A stretch of DNA of 64,000 nt from Octopus vulgaris (taxonomy: Eukaryota). This document shows positions 63,071-64,000 of the stretch, piece by piece (positions within the stretch are counted from its first letter, which is position 1; the number at the start of each line of letters is the position of its first letter). Under the pieces are notes generated by a model, which was not told the origin of the DNA, did not search any database, and saw only the letters and a program-made list of their open reading frames with translations. A program made the translations under genes and the position numbers. Location of the stretch: the NCBI GenBank assembly GCA_951406725.2, contig OX597821.1:20584001-20648000 (forward strand), given 5' to 3'.

Positions 63071-64000
63071 TGCTTATTCATATAGACATGCGTCTACTGC
63101 GAAATAGTATTTTTACATTTTTAGTATGTGGTAACCATGATTAACTAATCTCGCACATGTCTCAGAGGACAAAATACAGTAACCGCAATGAAGTGTTACA
63201 GTTGTGGTTGCTGCATTTGCTGTACGACTTTAGCGACCCCGAAAAAAATTTTATATTAAACGAATTTCAGACGATTTTCATCCCATATGACAGGCTGTTT
63301 TGACACAATCTTTTCCCCAGAAGCAGTATTTACTATGTAGATTTGAGGTAACTAAATAGTATTCATCTACCAGTTAGAATTAATCACCTTTTATTTTCTA
63401 AAGCTAAAATTACTGCAGAATGTTCCCAAAATTATTAATTAACGCAATGCATTACTGAGCTCACAAAAAACAATTGTACAACGCCATTATTCATTATTGA
63501 GAATTATTAATATAAGCAATTGCATATTGTAAACATAAACCTAACGACTTTAAGATCACATTAGGAAGAAACCATTTTAAACTTTACTCATAGTGTACGT
63601 AGATTACTTAGCGATTATCTGATGTAGCTTTAATTAAATGTTCTTAAACAAACATAAATAACTATAATAACTGTATAGCAAATAGCATATTTGAAAGTAT
63701 AAGACTATGTATGGTACATGTGTTGCTACATGATTTATGAACGCAAGCTTTTCATAAAATTTTAATCACATAGGTATTTTCGAATCAAAATAAGTTAATT
63801 TGCTTCTGATTGCTCTAAATTAGATTCAATTTATCTAAAACTATGATATACACAGTGGTGACACAACATAGTTGCAATATTAAAAATTAATTCGTTTAGC
63901 ATAATATATGTGTATCCACAGCAATGAAAACCTGAAGTTAGCGTTATATGAAGAGTATGAAAAAATTATTTTATTATCGCAGGAATCAAGAATGGATTTT

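Overview
Eukaryotic, AT-rich, repeat-dominated window. The SINE and retroelement repertoire looks like an octopus/coleoid cephalopod genome (inference from recognised repeat families, not a database result). About 63% of it (2495-42959) is one uninterrupted, single-orientation tandem array of a 19-bp monomer (consensus GAGGCTTTGGAATGAAAAC, about 2,130 copies). The array has layered higher-order structure: 398-bp duplications near both ends, 1.5-3.4 kb blocks plus ~7.3 and ~11.9 kb offsets in the core, and a distinct ~1.63 kb period in the right domain. All ORFs in it are artefacts of the stop-free minus-strand monomer. The flanks hold decayed mobile elements: a Tx1/L1-like RT, Penelope-like GIY-YIG ends with hammerhead-ribozyme-like motifs, R4/Dong-like ends in (TAA)n, tRNA-derived SINEs, a non-autonomous Helitron, a mariner MITE and an internally deleted Academ (XPG + Cys-rich) transposon, plus microsatellites and two long fold-back palindromes. 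No intact host gene is recognisable. A few phase-compatible candidate exons hint, weakly, that the array may lie inside a giant intron.
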